A DNA stretch of 64,000 bases from Nannocystis bainbridge (GTDB taxonomy: Bacteria > Myxococcota_A > Polyangia > Nannocystales > Nannocystaceae). Made by a program: the position numbers and the translations under genes. The stretch spans positions 672,001 through 736,000 of the forward strand of contig NZ_JAQNDL010000004.1 of the NCBI RefSeq assembly GCF_028368995.1, given 5' to 3'. The notes beneath the pieces are model-generated. The model was not told the DNA's origin. It saw nothing but the letters and a program-made list of their open reading frames with translations, and ran no database searches. Below are positions 40,901-51,956 of this stretch, one piece after another. Each line of letters begins with the position of its first letter. The stretch's first letter is position 1.

Positions 40901-42541
40901 ATGAGGATGTACGGACGTGGATTGGGAATGTTTTTTGCGCTGAACCTGATCACTGCCTGTGGCAGTGACGGCACCACCACCGATTCGGCGTCGGGCGACG
41001 GGTCGACCAGCACGGGCGACGCGACGACCGACGTCGGGACGACCACCGGCACGCCGACCACGGACACGCCGACCACCACTTCGACGACCGACGCGCCGAC
41101 GACCGGCACGCCCACGACCGGCACGACGGACGGCGACACCACCGGCACCGTCGTCCCCGAGTGCGGCGACGGTATCGTCGATCCCGGCGAGGAGTGCGAC
41201 GACGGGGCCGACAACGGCGCCGGGCAGGCGTGCAACGCGACGTGCGCCAGCAACATCTGCGGCGACGGCGATCAGGGGCCCGGCGAGGAGTGTGACGACG
41301 GGGGCGACAACGGCGACACGAAGAGCTGCAAGTCGAACTGTACGCAGCAGATCTGCGGCGACGGTTTCCCCGGCCCCGGGGAGGCGTGCGACGACGGCAA
41401 CCAGGACGACACCGACGCGTGCACCTCGACCTGCGGGGTCCCGGCCTGCGGCGACGGCTTCACGCAGGACGGCGAGGGCTGCGACGACGGCGCCGCCAAC
41501 GACGACCATGGCGCCTGCACCTCGGCCTGTCAGGCGAACGTGTGCGGCGACGGCTTCGTGTTCGACAGCGAGGGCGGCGCCGAGGAGTGCGACCTCGGGG
41601 CCGCCAACGGGCCCGGGCAGACGTGCAACGCCGAGTGCAAGGCCAACGTCTGCGGCGACAACGACAAGAGCGCCGACGAGCCGTGTGACGACGGCAACAA
41701 GGTCGGCGGCGACGGCTGCTCCGCGAGCTGCCAGCTCGAGGAGTGCGGCAACGACGTCGTCGACGAGGGCGAGGCGTGCGACGACGGCCAGGACGGCAAC
41801 CAGGATAACGGCTGCACCGACAACTGCGCCGAGCCGGCCTGCGGGGACAGCTTCACGCAGGCGAGCCTGATGGAGCAGTGCGACGAGGGCGCCGGCAACA
41901 ACAACACCGGCACCTGCACGCTCACCTGCCAGTTTCCCGAGTGCGGCGACAGCTTCGTCCAGGCGAGCCTGATGGAGGAGTGCGACGACGGCAACACGGT
42001 CAACGACGACGCCTGCAGCAACACGTGCAAGACCGCCAAGTGCGGCGACAGCATCAAGCAGGCCGACGAGGAGTGCGACGACGGCAACGCGGTCAACGAC
42101 GACGCCTGCACCAACCTCTGCAAGTCGGCCAAGTGCGGCGACGGCATCCTGCAAGCCGGCGAGGAGTGCGACGACGGCAACGCGGTCAACGACGACACAT
42201 GCAACAACATGTGCAAAAAGCCGCTGTGCCCCGGCGGAGCGTTCTACGCCAACCGCTGCTGGTACGCCTCGACGCAGTGCGAGTCGGCCGCCGCCAAGTG
42301 CGCCTCGGTCGGCCTGACCGGCGCCGACGGCTTCGTCAACGGCCTGACCTGGGACCTGGCGACGATGACGGCCGTCGCCGGCCAGCTCGGCCTCGCCACG
42401 GGCGGCGATGTCGGCTGCTGCGTCGAATTCGGGTGGATCGAGAACAACACGATCTACACCCACAACTTCGGCGCGAGCTTCTACAACTGGAACGGCTGCT
42501 TCTCCAACTTCCCGACCCTCAAGGTCTGCAACCCGCAGTGA
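40901..42541 (+). CDS. DUF4215 Cys-rich repeat lipoprotein
   Basis: ITAC lipobox, Thr-rich linker, many [11 protein letters not shown] repeats. Confidence 0.9.
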   Translation: MRMYGRGLGMFFALNLITACGSDGTTTDSASGDGSTSTGDATTDVGTTTGTPTTDTPTTTSTTDAPTTGTPTTGTTDGDTTGTVVPECGDGIVDPGEECDDGADNGAGQACNATCASNICGDGDQGPGEECDDGGDNGDTKSCKSNCTQQICGDGFPGPGEACDDGNQDDTDACTSTCGVPACGDGFTQDGEGCDDGAANDDHGACTSACQANVCGDGFVFDSEGGAEECDLGAANGPGQTCNAECKANVCGDNDKSADEPCDDGNKVGGDGCSASCQLEECGNDVVDEGEACDDGQDGNQDNGCTDNCAEPACGDSFTQASLMEQCDEGAGNNNTGTCTLTCQFPECGDSFVQASLMEECDDGNTVNDDACSNTCKTAKCGDSIKQADEECDDGNAVNDDACTNLCKSAKCGDGILQAGEECDDGNAVNDDTCNNMCKKPLCPGGAFYANRCWYASTQCESAAAKCASVGLTGADGFVNGLTWDLATMTAVAGQLGLATGGDVGCCVEFGWIENNTIYTHNFGASFYNWNGCFSNFPTLKVCNPQ

Positions 42542-42616
42542 CGCGCGGGCGCTGACCCGGGGCCCAGGAGGCTGGGCCGGCCGCGCGGCGCGAAGCTGTC
42601 ACCCGTGGGCCGCGCT

Positions 42617-43192
42617 TCAGGGCGCGGCCCACTCTCGCTTCGGGTCCGCGGGCTTCGGCACCTCGCTGTAGTAGAGCTCGGGCCGAAGCTGCGTGTCGCG
42701 GTCGAGCAGCGCGCCGACGAACCTCTCGATGCGACTCTCGGCCACCTCCATCGGGCTCTGCCGCTCGCTGCCGTCGGTCGTGACGTGGGCGACGCGGCCG
42801 CCCTCGAAGCTCACGCGCATCGGGGTGTCGTATTTGGGGAGGCACGCGCCGAAGCTGGTCGTCAGGTCGGTGAACGTCTCGCCGCTCTGCAGCGTGAGGT
42901 CGTACTCGTGCGGGTTATGGACGTTGCCGCGGCCGCCGTGGCGGCAATGCGTCGCCACCTCGCGCACCTCGGACAGCCAGCGACGGGCGCTGTCGGCGGC
43001 CCCGGGGAGGTACGGGGGAAACAGCGAACCCGGGAAGTAGGGGGCGTCGAAGCGAGCGAGCTGCAGGTCGATCTGCTTGTTGAACAGCTCGACCAGCTGC
43101 GGGTTCGGCAGGTCCCCCGGCATCGGCGGCTGCATGCAGGCCGCGAGCGCGAGGGTCATGGAGAGGGTGCTGTACGTCGCTGCCTTTCGCAT
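42617..43192 (-). CDS. Hypothetical lipoprotein
   Basis: MRKAATYSTLSMTLALAAC lipobox; high GC3. Confidence 0.75.
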   Translation of the reverse strand: MRKAATYSTLSMTLALAACMQPPMPGDLPNPQLVELFNKQIDLQLARFDAPYFPGSLFPPYLPGAADSARRWLSEVREVATHCRHGGRGNVHNPHEYDLTLQSGETFTDLTTSFGACLPKYDTPMRVSFEGGRVAHVTTDGSERQSPMEVAESRIERFVGALLDRDTQLRPELYYSEVPKPADPKREWAAP

Positions 43193-43434
43193 GGAATTGC
43201 GAGGATAAGGAACGGGGCCGGTCTGCGCCAGTCGGCGAGCGCCGCGACGCGGCGTGCGGGCGTCGGTGCGCGCGCTGCGAGGCGCAGACCGCGAGGCGCG
43301 AGCGTGAGGCGAGATCGTGAGCAGGAGGCGCCTGGCGCCTCGTACGGCGCCGTTTCGCAGCGGCCGGCAGACCGCGCGCCGGGCGAACGAAGAACACTGG
43401 TTCGTCCTTCGCAGTGCGTGGCGCGTGGGCGAGC

Positions 43435-43907
43435 TCAGCCCGGCTCGAGGCAGTAGCCGGAGCCGGCGACCTTGTTGTTCTCGGTCCGGCACTCCTGCCA
43501 CAGGTGCTCGGGCATGCCGTCGTCGAGGACCACGTAGACCGGCGTCGCGCCGTCGGTGAGGGCCATCGAAGGGTTGGCGACGTCGATCGCCACGTCCTCG
43601 GCCTCGGCGGGGTAGAGCGCCTTCTTCGTCATGCCCTCGCCGAGCTTGACGCCGCCCATGTCGGGGTCGCCCTCGTAGAAGCCGACCACCACGCCGGCCG
43701 GCACCGCCGCCTGGCCGATGTTGCGGACGCGGGCGACGATGCCGTACGGGCCGTCGCAGCGGGGGAAGATGGTGGCGGTCAGGTCGGGCGCCGAGAATTC
43801 GCCCTCGGGCTGGACGTTCTGCCGATAATTGTTGAGACCGTCGGCCTTCCAGTTGGGCGTCTCGGCGACCGGCACGGTGCCGTCCTCGCCGATGTTGGTG
43901 ATGTGGT
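43435..43907 (-). pseudogene. 3' fragment of an FG-GAP lipoprotein gene interrupted at the YHITN motif
   Basis: HITNIGEDGTVPVAETPNW..NNYRQNVQPEGEF..WQECRTENN, closely paralogous to the C-terminus of 25291-27648; no 5' part adjacent. Confidence 0.85.
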
Positions 43908-44106
43908 GTACAGCCAGCTCTAGACCCCCCTACTGGCTGTTCTACAAGGGGTGTCTCGGAAAACGCCAGAATCGCGACAAAATCGAGACGATTTTTCGAG
44001 ACAACCAGGGGATCGCGCCGTCGCGCATCAGGGGCTCCAAGGCACCCCAGACCTCCCGCTTGACCAAGCTTTCAGTCCGCCGGCCGCCGGACCGACGAGA
44101 CAAGCG
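43895..44106. repeat. att-like ~212-bp direct repeat, copy 1
   Basis: ttggtgatgtggtgtaca...gggatcgcgccgtcgcgcatcaggg...ccgccggccgccggaccgacgagacaagcg, near-identical to 45814-46026. Confidence 0.9.
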
Positions 44107-44178
44107 CTGCCGCGACGGGGCACCCCTCAGGCCGGTGGCGGCTTGATTGCGGGCGCAGCGGCGCCTACGGTCGGGGTG

Positions 44179-44664
44179 ATGACGACAGCAACGTATACGC
44201 ATGTCACGACGACCCTGATCGAAGCGCCGGTTGAGGTGGTGTGGTCGCAGGTCCGCGACCTGCTCGTGCTGGTCCGGATGGTCTTCGGCACGAAGCTCGA
44301 CGAGTACTACACGCGCGGGTGGATCGAAGGCGGCTCGGTGGACCGCGTGCCGGCGGCGCTCGCGTTCTGCCTGCGATCGGGCGGGCCGGAGATGGTCGTG
44401 GAGGGGGTCGGCCGCTCGGACCGCGAGTACCTGCTGCAGTACTGCACCCGCGGGCGGGTGATGCTCGTGGCCGACTACTTCGGCGAGCTCCGGCTGATCC
44501 CGACGACGCACCCGGCGGACTGGACGGTCATGGTCCACAAGCGGGAGTTCTCGGTGCTCGACGGCACGGCCAGCGACTACGCGGCGCAGATGGTGGCGGG
44601 GATGGTCGACTTCATGAACGGCGAGGCGGAGGCGATGCGGGACGCGTTCACGCCGAAGTCGTAG
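44179..44664 (+). CDS. SRPBCC-like protein
   Basis: TTLIEAPVEVVWSQVRD N-terminal signature. Confidence 0.6.
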   Translation: MTTATYTHVTTTLIEAPVEVVWSQVRDLLVLVRMVFGTKLDEYYTRGWIEGGSVDRVPAALAFCLRSGGPEMVVEGVGRSDREYLLQYCTRGRVMLVADYFGELRLIPTTHPADWTVMVHKREFSVLDGTASDYAAQMVAGMVDFMNGEAEAMRDAFTPKS

Positions 44665-44930
44665 GCGTGATGGTCTGAGGAGTCCGACCACTTCAGCTTC
44701 GCAAAGTTCGTCGTCGAGAAGTTGAACAAGTACAGCGAGTCCAAGCCTCCTGGCCACGCCTCTCCTCTACCAGATCTCAGGTCCGTTGCAGCTCAGCCGA
44801 GGCAGTACACTTGGGGCAGGGTACAATCTGACACCCGGCCGAGACTCTCCAAGTGATTGAGACCGGCCAAGCACAGCAGTCCTGAGGGGCTCCGACCGAG
44901 TGACCTACCGAGGAAGTGGCGCTCGATGCT

Positions 44931-45446
44931 TCAGTAGGCTTCGTCGCGCGCGGACGTCCACGTTTCCCAGGTCAGCCCGACGACGAGGTGGTCGAGCAGC
45001 CGCGCGTCGGCGACCTCGAACTCGAGGATCTGCACCATGTGCAAATCGCGGAACGCGGGGGGCTTGGGGCCGCCGCTGTTGTTCTGTGCGTGCCACGCCG
45101 CGGCCTTCTCGAAGTTCGCGTTGCTGAGCTCGGTGATCCGGACGATCTCCGCCTCGGCGCTCTCGATGAGCTGCTCGTTGAACGCCTCGTCGTGGTTCGC
45201 CTGGAGCCCTTCGGAGTACGCGACGAGGCGCGCGGGGGCGCGGGCCGCGAGCTTCGTCGCGCTCTTCTTCGTCTGGTTCGTGTCCTTGTAGCTGTCGCGC
45301 AGCGCGTGGTGCGCGTCGGCGAGGAGCTGGAGCCCGAGGCACTTGTTGGCGGGCACCTCGGGGTACTGAAAGTTCAGGAGGAGCACCCGCGCGCGAACGG
45401 TGCGCTCCTCGAGGGCCTCGATGGTGATCTCGTAGGTCGCGCTCAT
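44931..45446 (-). CDS. Hypothetical protein
   Basis: 171-aa ORF with coding-like GC3 and normal composition. Confidence 0.7.
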   Translation of the reverse strand: MSATYEITIEALEERTVRARVLLLNFQYPEVPANKCLGLQLLADAHHALRDSYKDTNQTKKSATKLAARAPARLVAYSEGLQANHDEAFNEQLIESAEAEIVRITELSNANFEKAAAWHAQNNSGGPKPPAFRDLHMVQILEFEVADARLLDHLVVGLTWETWTSARDEAY

Positions 45447-45813
45447 CCGAGGGCCTGTACCAGAGACGGCGCGGACGACGCGAGTTCAAAATTCCGAGAC
45501 CCCCAGTGAGCGAGCGTACTCGCCAAGCGCGACGTGTGGCTCACGTCGTGGCGCGCGGGATTCGATGCGGCCCGCGCCCCTGTTGCGTCTGCAGCGGGTC
45601 GTGGACGCATCGCAGTAACGCAGCTACTGCCCCGCGCGGACGTCGGTCCGCACCGCATGTTGTCGTGGTATCAGCACGCGATCCTTGCCCATCGTCGCCA
45701 CATCTCACCCTAGCGGCGTTCGGCGCTGGCTGATACTAGCCGATTCCACTTCCACGAGAAGGCGCCAAAAGGTGCACTTGGACGGCGTTCAGGCGGCTGC
45801 CTGAAGCCGAGAT

Positions 45814-46026
45814 TTGGTGATGTGGTGTACAAGCCCAGCTAGACCCACATACGGGCTTGTTTGCGAGGTGTTGTCTCGAAAACTGCCCGGATCGCGACAA
45901 ATTCGAGACGAATTTTCGAGACATCCGGGGGATCGCGCCGTCGCGCATCAGGGCCTCCAAGGCACCCTGGACCTCCCGCTTGACCAAGCTTTCAGGCCGC
46001 CGGCCGCCGGACCGACGAGACAAGCG
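45814..46026. repeat. att-like ~213-bp direct repeat, copy 2
   Basis: Matches 43895-44106; contains the inverted repeat TGTCTCGAAAA...TTTTCGAGACA. Confidence 0.9.
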
Positions 46027-46183
46027 GAACGGGAACGTCGGCGCGCAGCGCCGAGCGACGGGCGACATCACACTGCCGGCGAAATTGCGTGACGTGAACC
46101 AGAGGACAGGCGACTCCCTCGTGTCCGTCTCGGTTCACGCCGAGCCCTCGCGTTCCGGCCGACGTGCGCCGAACGTCGCGTAG

Positions 46184-46320
46184 ACCGGCGTCGGCGTCGA
46201 GAACATCCGCTACTACGAGCGCATCGGCCTGTTGGCCGAGCCGGCGCGCACCGCCGCCGGCTACCGTCTGTACGAGCCGGAGCACGTCCGCCGCCTCAAC
46301 TTCATCCGCCAGTCCGCGGG
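46184..46320 (+). pseudogene. MerR-family HTH fragment
   Basis: TGVGVENIRYYERIGLLAEPARTAAGYRLYEPEHVRRLNFIRQ. Confidence 0.75.
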
Positions 46321-46439
46321 CCGCCGTGACAAGGAACGGGCCCCACGTCGCGGCTGGCCACTCTTTTGCGAATCTCGAGAGGGCGTACCGGCAATGCCGG
46401 TACCCTGTGGAGAGCCGGGGTCAGCCGTCAAGCACATGG

Positions 46440-46825
46440 TCAGCCGACCATCAGCTTGGTCTCCGGGAAGGTCACGTGGGCGCTTCGCGGAGTACCGAGT
46501 CGCCAGTGCCAGCGAGATCGGTCCGACGCGGCCGATGAACATCGTGACGATGATCAGCCACTTGCCGAGCGCGTTGAGCTCGGCCGTGCCGCCGATCGAC
46601 AGGCCCGAGGTAGCGAGCGCGCTCACCGTCTCGAAGGCCGCCTTCTCGAACGCCATGTCATGGCTGGCGAGCAGGGCGAAGCTGACGATGACCGCGACGA
46701 GCGTGGCGATCGTCATGATCGTCGCGGCGCGGTAGACGATGTCGTGCGGGATTGTCCGGCGCAGCAGCAGGGCCCGCGCCTGGTTGCGCGCGAGCGCCGG
46801 GATCGCGGCGAGCACCACCGCGAGG
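46440..46825 (-). pseudogene. TrkH/KtrB potassium transporter C-terminal fragment
   Basis: FETVSALATSGLSIGGTAELNALGKWLIIVTMFIGRVGP. Confidence 0.8.
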
Positions 46826-47100
46826 GTCGTGGTCGACCGTCCAGCCGTCGCCGGGCGGGACGACGTCGACGTGGCCGAAGAACGCCACGTGAGGCGAACC
46901 GCTGCCGAGGCGCGCCACGAGGTTGTGCACGGTGTGTCCGCTGGCGCCCGCGAAGTCGACGCGCCTGCACGAGAACCCGCGCGCCGCGAGGGCGCGCGAC
47001 GCGACCGTGAGCGCGCCGCCCTCCGCGGGTGTGACGCTCGGGCAACGTAGAAGCGAGGCAGCCAGCGGCAACGGATCGTACGGATCGTCGAGCCTGAGTG
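46826..47100 (-). pseudogene. DapE (M20) N-terminal fragment
   Basis: LLRCPSVTPAEGGAL..NLVARLGSGSPHVAFFGHVDVVPPGD.W, then an abrupt join to the TrkH fragment. Confidence 0.8.
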
Positions 47101-47257
47101 GCTCCACCGGCTGGGGTTCGATCGATGTCGTGATGAGCATGGCGAACCGAAGGTGCTGCCGGCGAGGTTAAAATGGCGCCAAAAAGCCGCTCGGCCGTTG
47201 GGACGCGGGAGGACTTGCGTGGCGCTCGCCCGGCGCACGAGCGCCGGCATCACTACA

Positions 47258-47276
47258 TTCTTAACCCCTTCTTAAC
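47258..47276 (+). promoter_or_regulatory. Putative KdpE (OmpR-type) binding site
   Basis: Direct repeat TTCTTAAC-CCC-TTCTTAAC, 11-bp period, upstream of the kdp operon. Confidence 0.65.
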
Positions 47277-47367
47277 TCGGCCCGATGCAGCTTCCCGATC
47301 GCGAGGACTGTGCCAGGTGGGGCTCCAGCTCGCCTCCTCACACCGTCCGATTCCGACCCAGGCACCG

Positions 47368-47451
47368 ATGACTGACCTCTTCTTCATCGCCGTCGTACTC
47401 GCGTCGTTCGCGGCCTTCTGGGGCTTCATGCGCTTCCTCGGCCGGCTCTGA
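47368..47451 (+). CDS. 27-aa hydrophobic peptide upstream of kdpF
   Basis: MTDLFFIAVVLASFAAFWGFMRFLGRL, single TM helix. Confidence 0.7.
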   Translation: MTDLFFIAVVLASFAAFWGFMRFLGRL

Positions 47452-47468
47452 CAAGGATTCCCGTCCCC

Positions 47469-47561
47469 ATGACCATCATGCACTGGCTCGCCGGCCTCGT
47501 GTCGATCGGCCTCGGCGTCTACCTCCTCGTCGCCCTCCTCGCCCCGGAGAAATTCTCGTGA
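47469..47561 (+). CDS. kdpF: K+-transporting ATPase subunit F
   Basis: MTIMHWLAGLVSIGLGVYLLVALLAPEKFS (YLLVALLxPEKF); overlaps the kdpA start. Confidence 0.9.
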   Translation: MTIMHWLAGLVSIGLGVYLLVALLAPEKFS

Positions 47562-49291
47562 CCGCGCATGCGCTCCTGCTGTGCGGCGTGTACGTCGCCG
47601 TCCTCGTCGCCCTGGCGATCCCCCTCGGGGGCTACTGCGCTCGGGCCCTGGGCGGCGAGGCGACGCTGCTTCAACGTCTGCTCGGCCCGCTCGAGCGCGG
47701 CCTCTATCGCGTCGCCGGCGTCCGACCGAACGACGAGATGCACTGGCGCGACTACACCGTCGCCGTGCTGTGGTTCAACCTGTTCGGCCTGCTCGTCGTG
47801 TACGGCCTGCAGCGGCTGCAGCACCTGCTCCCGCTCAACCCGCAGGAGCTCGGCCCAGTCGCGCCGGACCTCGCCTTCAACACGGCGGTCAGCTTCGCCT
47901 CGAACACCAATTGGCAGGCGTACGGCGGCGAGACGACGCTTAGCTATCTGACGCAGATGGTCGGGTTGACGACGCAGAACTTCGTGTCGGCGGCGACCGG
48001 CATCGCCGTCCTCGCCGCCCTGTCGCGTGCCTTCTCGCGTCGGCGCTCGGAGACGATCGGTAATTTCTGGGCCGACCTGGTCCGTTCGACGCTCTACATC
48101 CTGCTCCCGCTGTCGCTCGTCCTCGCTGTCGCGCTGGCCGCCGACGGCGTGGTGCAGACGCTGGCGCCCGCAGCGGAGGTGGAGCTGATGCGCGCGGCCA
48201 CCGGTCCCGAAGGACAGGTGATCACGCAGCAGACCATCCCGCTCGGCCCCGGCGCCTCGCAGATCGCCATCAAGCAGCTCGGCACCAACGGCGGCGGCTT
48301 CTACAACGTCAACTCCGCGCACCCGCTCGAGAACCCGACGCCGCTGACCAACTTCCTCGAGTGCCTGGCGCTCCTGCTGATCCCGGCGGCGCTGTGCCTG
48401 AGCTTCGGCAAGATCGTGGCGGATCGGCGCCAGGGCTGGGCCGTGTTAGGGGCGATGTTCGCCATCTTCCTGCCGCTGCTCGGGCTCTGCGTCTGGTCCG
48501 AAGGACAGCTCGCGCCGCAGCTCGTCGAGCTCGGCGTCGATCCCTCGGCCGGCAACCTCGAGGGCAAGGAGGTGCGGTTCGGTCCGGCCGCCTCGGCGCT
48601 GTGGGCGACGGCGACCACCGCGGCCTCGAACGGCTCGGTCAACTCGATGCACGACTCGTTCAACCCGCTCGGCGGATTGGTGCCGATGTGGCTCATGCAG
48701 ATCGGCGAGGTCGTGTTCGGCGGCGTCGGCTCGGGGCTCTATGGCATGCTCGTGTTCGCCATCCTGGCGGTGTTCCTCGCCGGCCTGATGGTGGGTCGCA
48801 CACCCGAGTACCTCGGCAAGAAGATCGAGGCCTTCGAGGTCAAGATGGCCGCGCTCGTGGTCCTGCTGCCGTCGGCCGGCGTACTGGTCGGCACCGCGAT
48901 CGCGGTCGCCAGCGCCGCGGGGCGGGCCGGTATCTCGAACCCGGGCATTCACGGGTTCAGCGAGGTGCTGTACGGCTTCTCGTCGGCGTCGAACAACAAC
49001 GGCAGCGCGTTCGCCGGTCTCGGCGCCAACTCGTTCTTCTACAACCTGGCCCTCGGGCTATGCATGCTGATCGGGCGCTACGGCATCATCGTGCCGGTGC
49101 TGGCGCTCGCCGGCGCGCTCGCCCGCAAGCAGACCGTCCCGCCCGGGCCCGGCACGATGCCGACCCATACGCCGCTGTTCGTGTTCCTGCTCGCCGCGAT
49201 CGTCGTGCTGGTCGGTGCATTGACATTCGTGCCCGCGCTCGCGCTCGGGCCGATCGTCGAGCACCTGCAGATGACCGGCACCCACCCCTGA
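47558..49291 (+). CDS. kdpA: K+-transporting ATPase subunit A
   Basis: FNTAVSFASNTNWQAYGGE, IKQLGTNGGGF, SNGSVNSMHDS, NNNGSAFAG. Confidence 0.97.
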   Translation: MTAHALLLCGVYVAVLVALAIPLGGYCARALGGEATLLQRLLGPLERGLYRVAGVRPNDEMHWRDYTVAVLWFNLFGLLVVYGLQRLQHLLPLNPQELGPVAPDLAFNTAVSFASNTNWQAYGGETTLSYLTQMVGLTTQNFVSAATGIAVLAALSRAFSRRRSETIGNFWADLVRSTLYILLPLSLVLAVALAADGVVQTLAPAAEVELMRAATGPEGQVITQQTIPLGPGASQIAIKQLGTNGGGFYNVNSAHPLENPTPLTNFLECLALLLIPAALCLSFGKIVADRRQGWAVLGAMFAIFLPLLGLCVWSEGQLAPQLVELGVDPSAGNLEGKEVRFGPAASALWATATTAASNGSVNSMHDSFNPLGGLVPMWLMQIGEVVFGGVGSGLYGMLVFAILAVFLAGLMVGRTPEYLGKKIEAFEVKMAALVVLLPSAGVLVGTAIAVASAAGRAGISNPGIHGFSEVLYGFSSASNNNGSAFAGLGANSFFYNLALGLCMLIGRYGIIVPVLALAGALARKQTVPPGPGTMPTHTPLFVFLLAAIVVLVGALTFVPALALGPIVEHLQMTGTHP

Positions 49292-49303
49292 GATTTCGTC
49301 ATC

Positions 49304-51370
49304 ATGCACTCGCCCAAGCACAAGCCCGCCCGCGGGCCGAGCATCCGTCGCGCCGCCATCGAGGCGTTCACGAAGCTCGATCCCCGGCGCATGGTGCGAA
49401 ACCCGGTCATGTTCGTGGTCGAGGTCGGCAGCGTCCTCACGACCATCCTCGCCGTCCAGGCCCTGGTCGGCGAGGGGGAGGCCCCCTTCGGGTTCATCGC
49501 CGGCGTCGCCGCCTGGCTGTGGTTCACGGTGCTGTTCGCCAACTTCGCCGAGGCGCTTGCCGAGGGCCGCGGCAAGGCGCAGGCCGAGAGCCTGCGCAAG
49601 GCCCGGCAGCACGTGCAGGCGCGCCGGCTGGCCGAGCGCGACCGACACGCCAAGGCCGTGCAAGTGCCGGCAGCGCAGCTCCGCCGTGGCGACCTCGTCC
49701 TCGTGATCGCCGGCGACACAGTTCCCGGCGACGGCGACGTGGTCGAGGGCATCGCCTCCGTCGACGAGAGTGCCGTGACGGGCGAATCAGCGCCGGTCAT
49801 CCGCGAGAGCGGCGGCGACCGCAGCGCCGTCACCGGCGGCACGCGGGTGCTGTCGGACTGGATCATCGTCGAGATCCGCAGCAATCCCGGCGAGACCTTC
49901 CTCGATCGCATGATTGCGATGGTCGAGGGCGCCAAGCGCAAGAAGACGCCGAACGAGATCGCGCTCGACATCTTGCTCGCCGGGCTGTCGCTGGTGTTCT
50001 TGCTCGCCTGCGCGACGCTGTACCCGTTCTCGCTCTACGCGCTCGAGACGCGCGGCCAGGGCGCCCCGGTGCCGATCACCGTGCTCGTCGCGCTGCTCGT
50101 GTGTCTGATCCCGACCACGATCGGCGGACTCCTGTCGGCGATCGGCATCGCCGGTATGGATCGCCTGATCCGCGCCAACGTGATCGCTACGTCGGGGCGC
50201 GCGGTCGAGGCCGCCGGCGACGTCGACGTCCTCCTGCTCGACAAGACCGGCACGATCACGATCGGCAATCGTCAGGCGGTCGAACTGCTGCCGGCGGCGG
50301 GCGTGAAGGTCGAGGTGCTCGCGGAGGCCGCCCAGCTCGCCTCGCTGGCCGACGAGACGCCCGAGGGCCGCAGCATCGTCGTCCTCGCCAAGGAGAAGTA
50401 CGGCCTGCGCCAGCGCGAGCTCGCCAACACCGAGGCGCGCTTCATCGCCTTCACGGCGCACACTCGCATGAGCGGCGTCGATCTCGCCGGTCGCGAGATC
50501 CGCAAGGGCGCCGCCGACGCGATCGGCAAGCACCTCAAAGCCAAGGGCGGCGGTCTGAGCCCCGACATCCAGGCCCTCGTGCAGACGATCGCCAAGAGCG
50601 GCGGGACCCCGCTGGTCGTCTCCGAGGGGTCGAGGGCGCTCGGCGTCGTGCACCTGAAGGACATCGTCAAGGGAGGGATCCGCGAGCGCTTCGCCGAGTT
50701 CCGGCGGATCGGCATCGAGACGATCATGATCACCGGAGACAACCCGCAGACCGCCGGCGCGATCGCGGCGGAGGCCGGGGTCGACAGCTTCCAGGCCGAG
50801 GCCACCCCCGAGACCAAGCTGGCGCTGATCCGCAGCAAGCAGGCGGCCGGTCACCTGGTCGCTATGACCGGCGACGGCACCAACGACGCGCCCGCGCTGG
50901 CGCAGGCCGACGTCGCGGTGGCGATGAACACGGGTACGCAGGCGGCGAAAGAGGCCGGCAACATGGTCGACCTCGACTCCGACCCGACCAAGCTCCTCGA
51001 CATCGTCGAGATCGGCAAGCAGATGCTGATGACCCGCGGGGCGCTGACGACCTTCAGCGTCGCCAACGACGTCGCCAAGTACTTCGCCATCATTCCGGCC
51101 GCCTTCGCGGTGACCTATCCGGATTTGCGCGCGCTCGACCTGATGCACCTGCACTCACCGCAGAGCGCGGTGCTCGCGGCGGTGATCTTCAACGCGATCA
51201 TCATCATCCTGCTGGTGCCGATCGCGCTGCGCGGCGTGAAGGTGCGGCCGCTCCCGGCGGCGGCGCTGCTGCGGCGCAACCTCCTGATCTTCGGGCTCGG
51301 CGGCCTCGTCGCGCCCTTCATCGGGATCAAGCTCATCGACATGGTCATCACGACCGTCGGCGTCGCCTGA
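49304..51370 (+). CDS. kdpB: K+-transporting ATPase subunit B
   Basis: [21 protein letters not shown]. Confidence 0.97.
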   Translation: MHSPKHKPARGPSIRRAAIEAFTKLDPRRMVRNPVMFVVEVGSVLTTILAVQALVGEGEAPFGFIAGVAAWLWFTVLFANFAEALAEGRGKAQAESLRKARQHVQARRLAERDRHAKAVQVPAAQLRRGDLVLVIAGDTVPGDGDVVEGIASVDESAVTGESAPVIRESGGDRSAVTGGTRVLSDWIIVEIRSNPGETFLDRMIAMVEGAKRKKTPNEIALDILLAGLSLVFLLACATLYPFSLYALETRGQGAPVPITVLVALLVCLIPTTIGGLLSAIGIAGMDRLIRANVIATSGRAVEAAGDVDVLLLDKTGTITIGNRQAVELLPAAGVKVEVLAEAAQLASLADETPEGRSIVVLAKEKYGLRQRELANTEARFIAFTAHTRMSGVDLAGREIRKGAADAIGKHLKAKGGGLSPDIQALVQTIAKSGGTPLVVSEGSRALGVVHLKDIVKGGIRERFAEFRRIGIETIMITGDNPQTAGAIAAEAGVDSFQAEATPETKLALIRSKQAAGHLVAMTGDGTNDAPALAQADVAVAMNTGTQAAKEAGNMVDLDSDPTKLLDIVEIGKQMLMTRGALTTFSVANDVAKYFAIIPAAFAVTYPDLRALDLMHLHSPQSAVLAAVIFNAIIIILLVPIALRGVKVRPLPAAALLRRNLLIFGLGGLVAPFIGIKLIDMVITTVGVA

Positions 51371-51383
51371 GGAGGACACGAGC

Positions 51384-51956
51384 ATGCTGAGCGCCATTCG
51401 TCCCGCCCTGATCCTGCTGGCCCTCTTGACCGCCGTCACCGGCGTGGTCTACCCGCTGCTCGTGACGGGGATCGCTACCGTGCTGTTTCCTGATAAGGCC
51501 CATGGCTCGCTGGTTGTCGCGTCGTCGGGCCCCGTCGGCTCCGAGCTCGTCGGACAGAACTTCACCAGACCGGGTGATTTCTGGAGCCGTCCCTCGGCGG
51601 TCCACTACGACGCGAGCTCCTCGGGCGCGAGCAACATGGGGCCGCTGAATGAGGGCCTGCACGAGGCCGTCGCGGCGCGAATCGCTGCGCTGCAGGCAGC
51701 CGACCCCGAGGCCGAGCTGCCGGTCCCCGCCGATCTCGTGCTCGCGTCGGGGTCGGGCCTCGACCCGCATATCTCGCCGGAGGCAGCCCGCTACCAGGCG
51801 CGTCGCGTCGCGCAGGCACGCCGCCTGCCCAGGGCAGAAGTGCTCATGCTGATCGAGGCCCACACCGAGGGGCGCACGCTCGGTATCCTCGGGGAACCGC
51901 GCGTGAACGTGCTTCGCCTCAACCGCGCCCTCGAGGGGCTCCGATCCTCGCCATGA
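51384..51956 (+). CDS. kdpC: K+-transporting ATPase subunit C
   Basis: GSELVGQNF, SGASN, ASGSGLDPHIS, VNVLRLN. Confidence 0.95.
   Translation: MLSAIRPALILLALLTAVTGVVYPLLVTGIATVLFPDKAHGSLVVASSGPVGSELVGQNFTRPGDFWSRPSAVHYDASSSGASNMGPLNEGLHEAVAARIAALQAADPEAELPVPADLVLASGSGLDPHISPEAARYQARRVAQARRLPRAEVLMLIEAHTEGRTLGILGEPRVNVLRLNRALEGLRSSP

Noticed and set aside
43942-44178. ORFs spanning the 212-bp repeat (43942-44757, 43951 start, 45736-46071, 45814-46092)
   Set aside because: The copies differ by indels and the translations lack motifs; treated as non-coding.
47301-47315. sigma54-like TGGCAC-N5-TCGC on the minus strand
   Set aside because: The -12 element is imperfect and points only at pseudogene fragments; chance matches are likely at this GC content.
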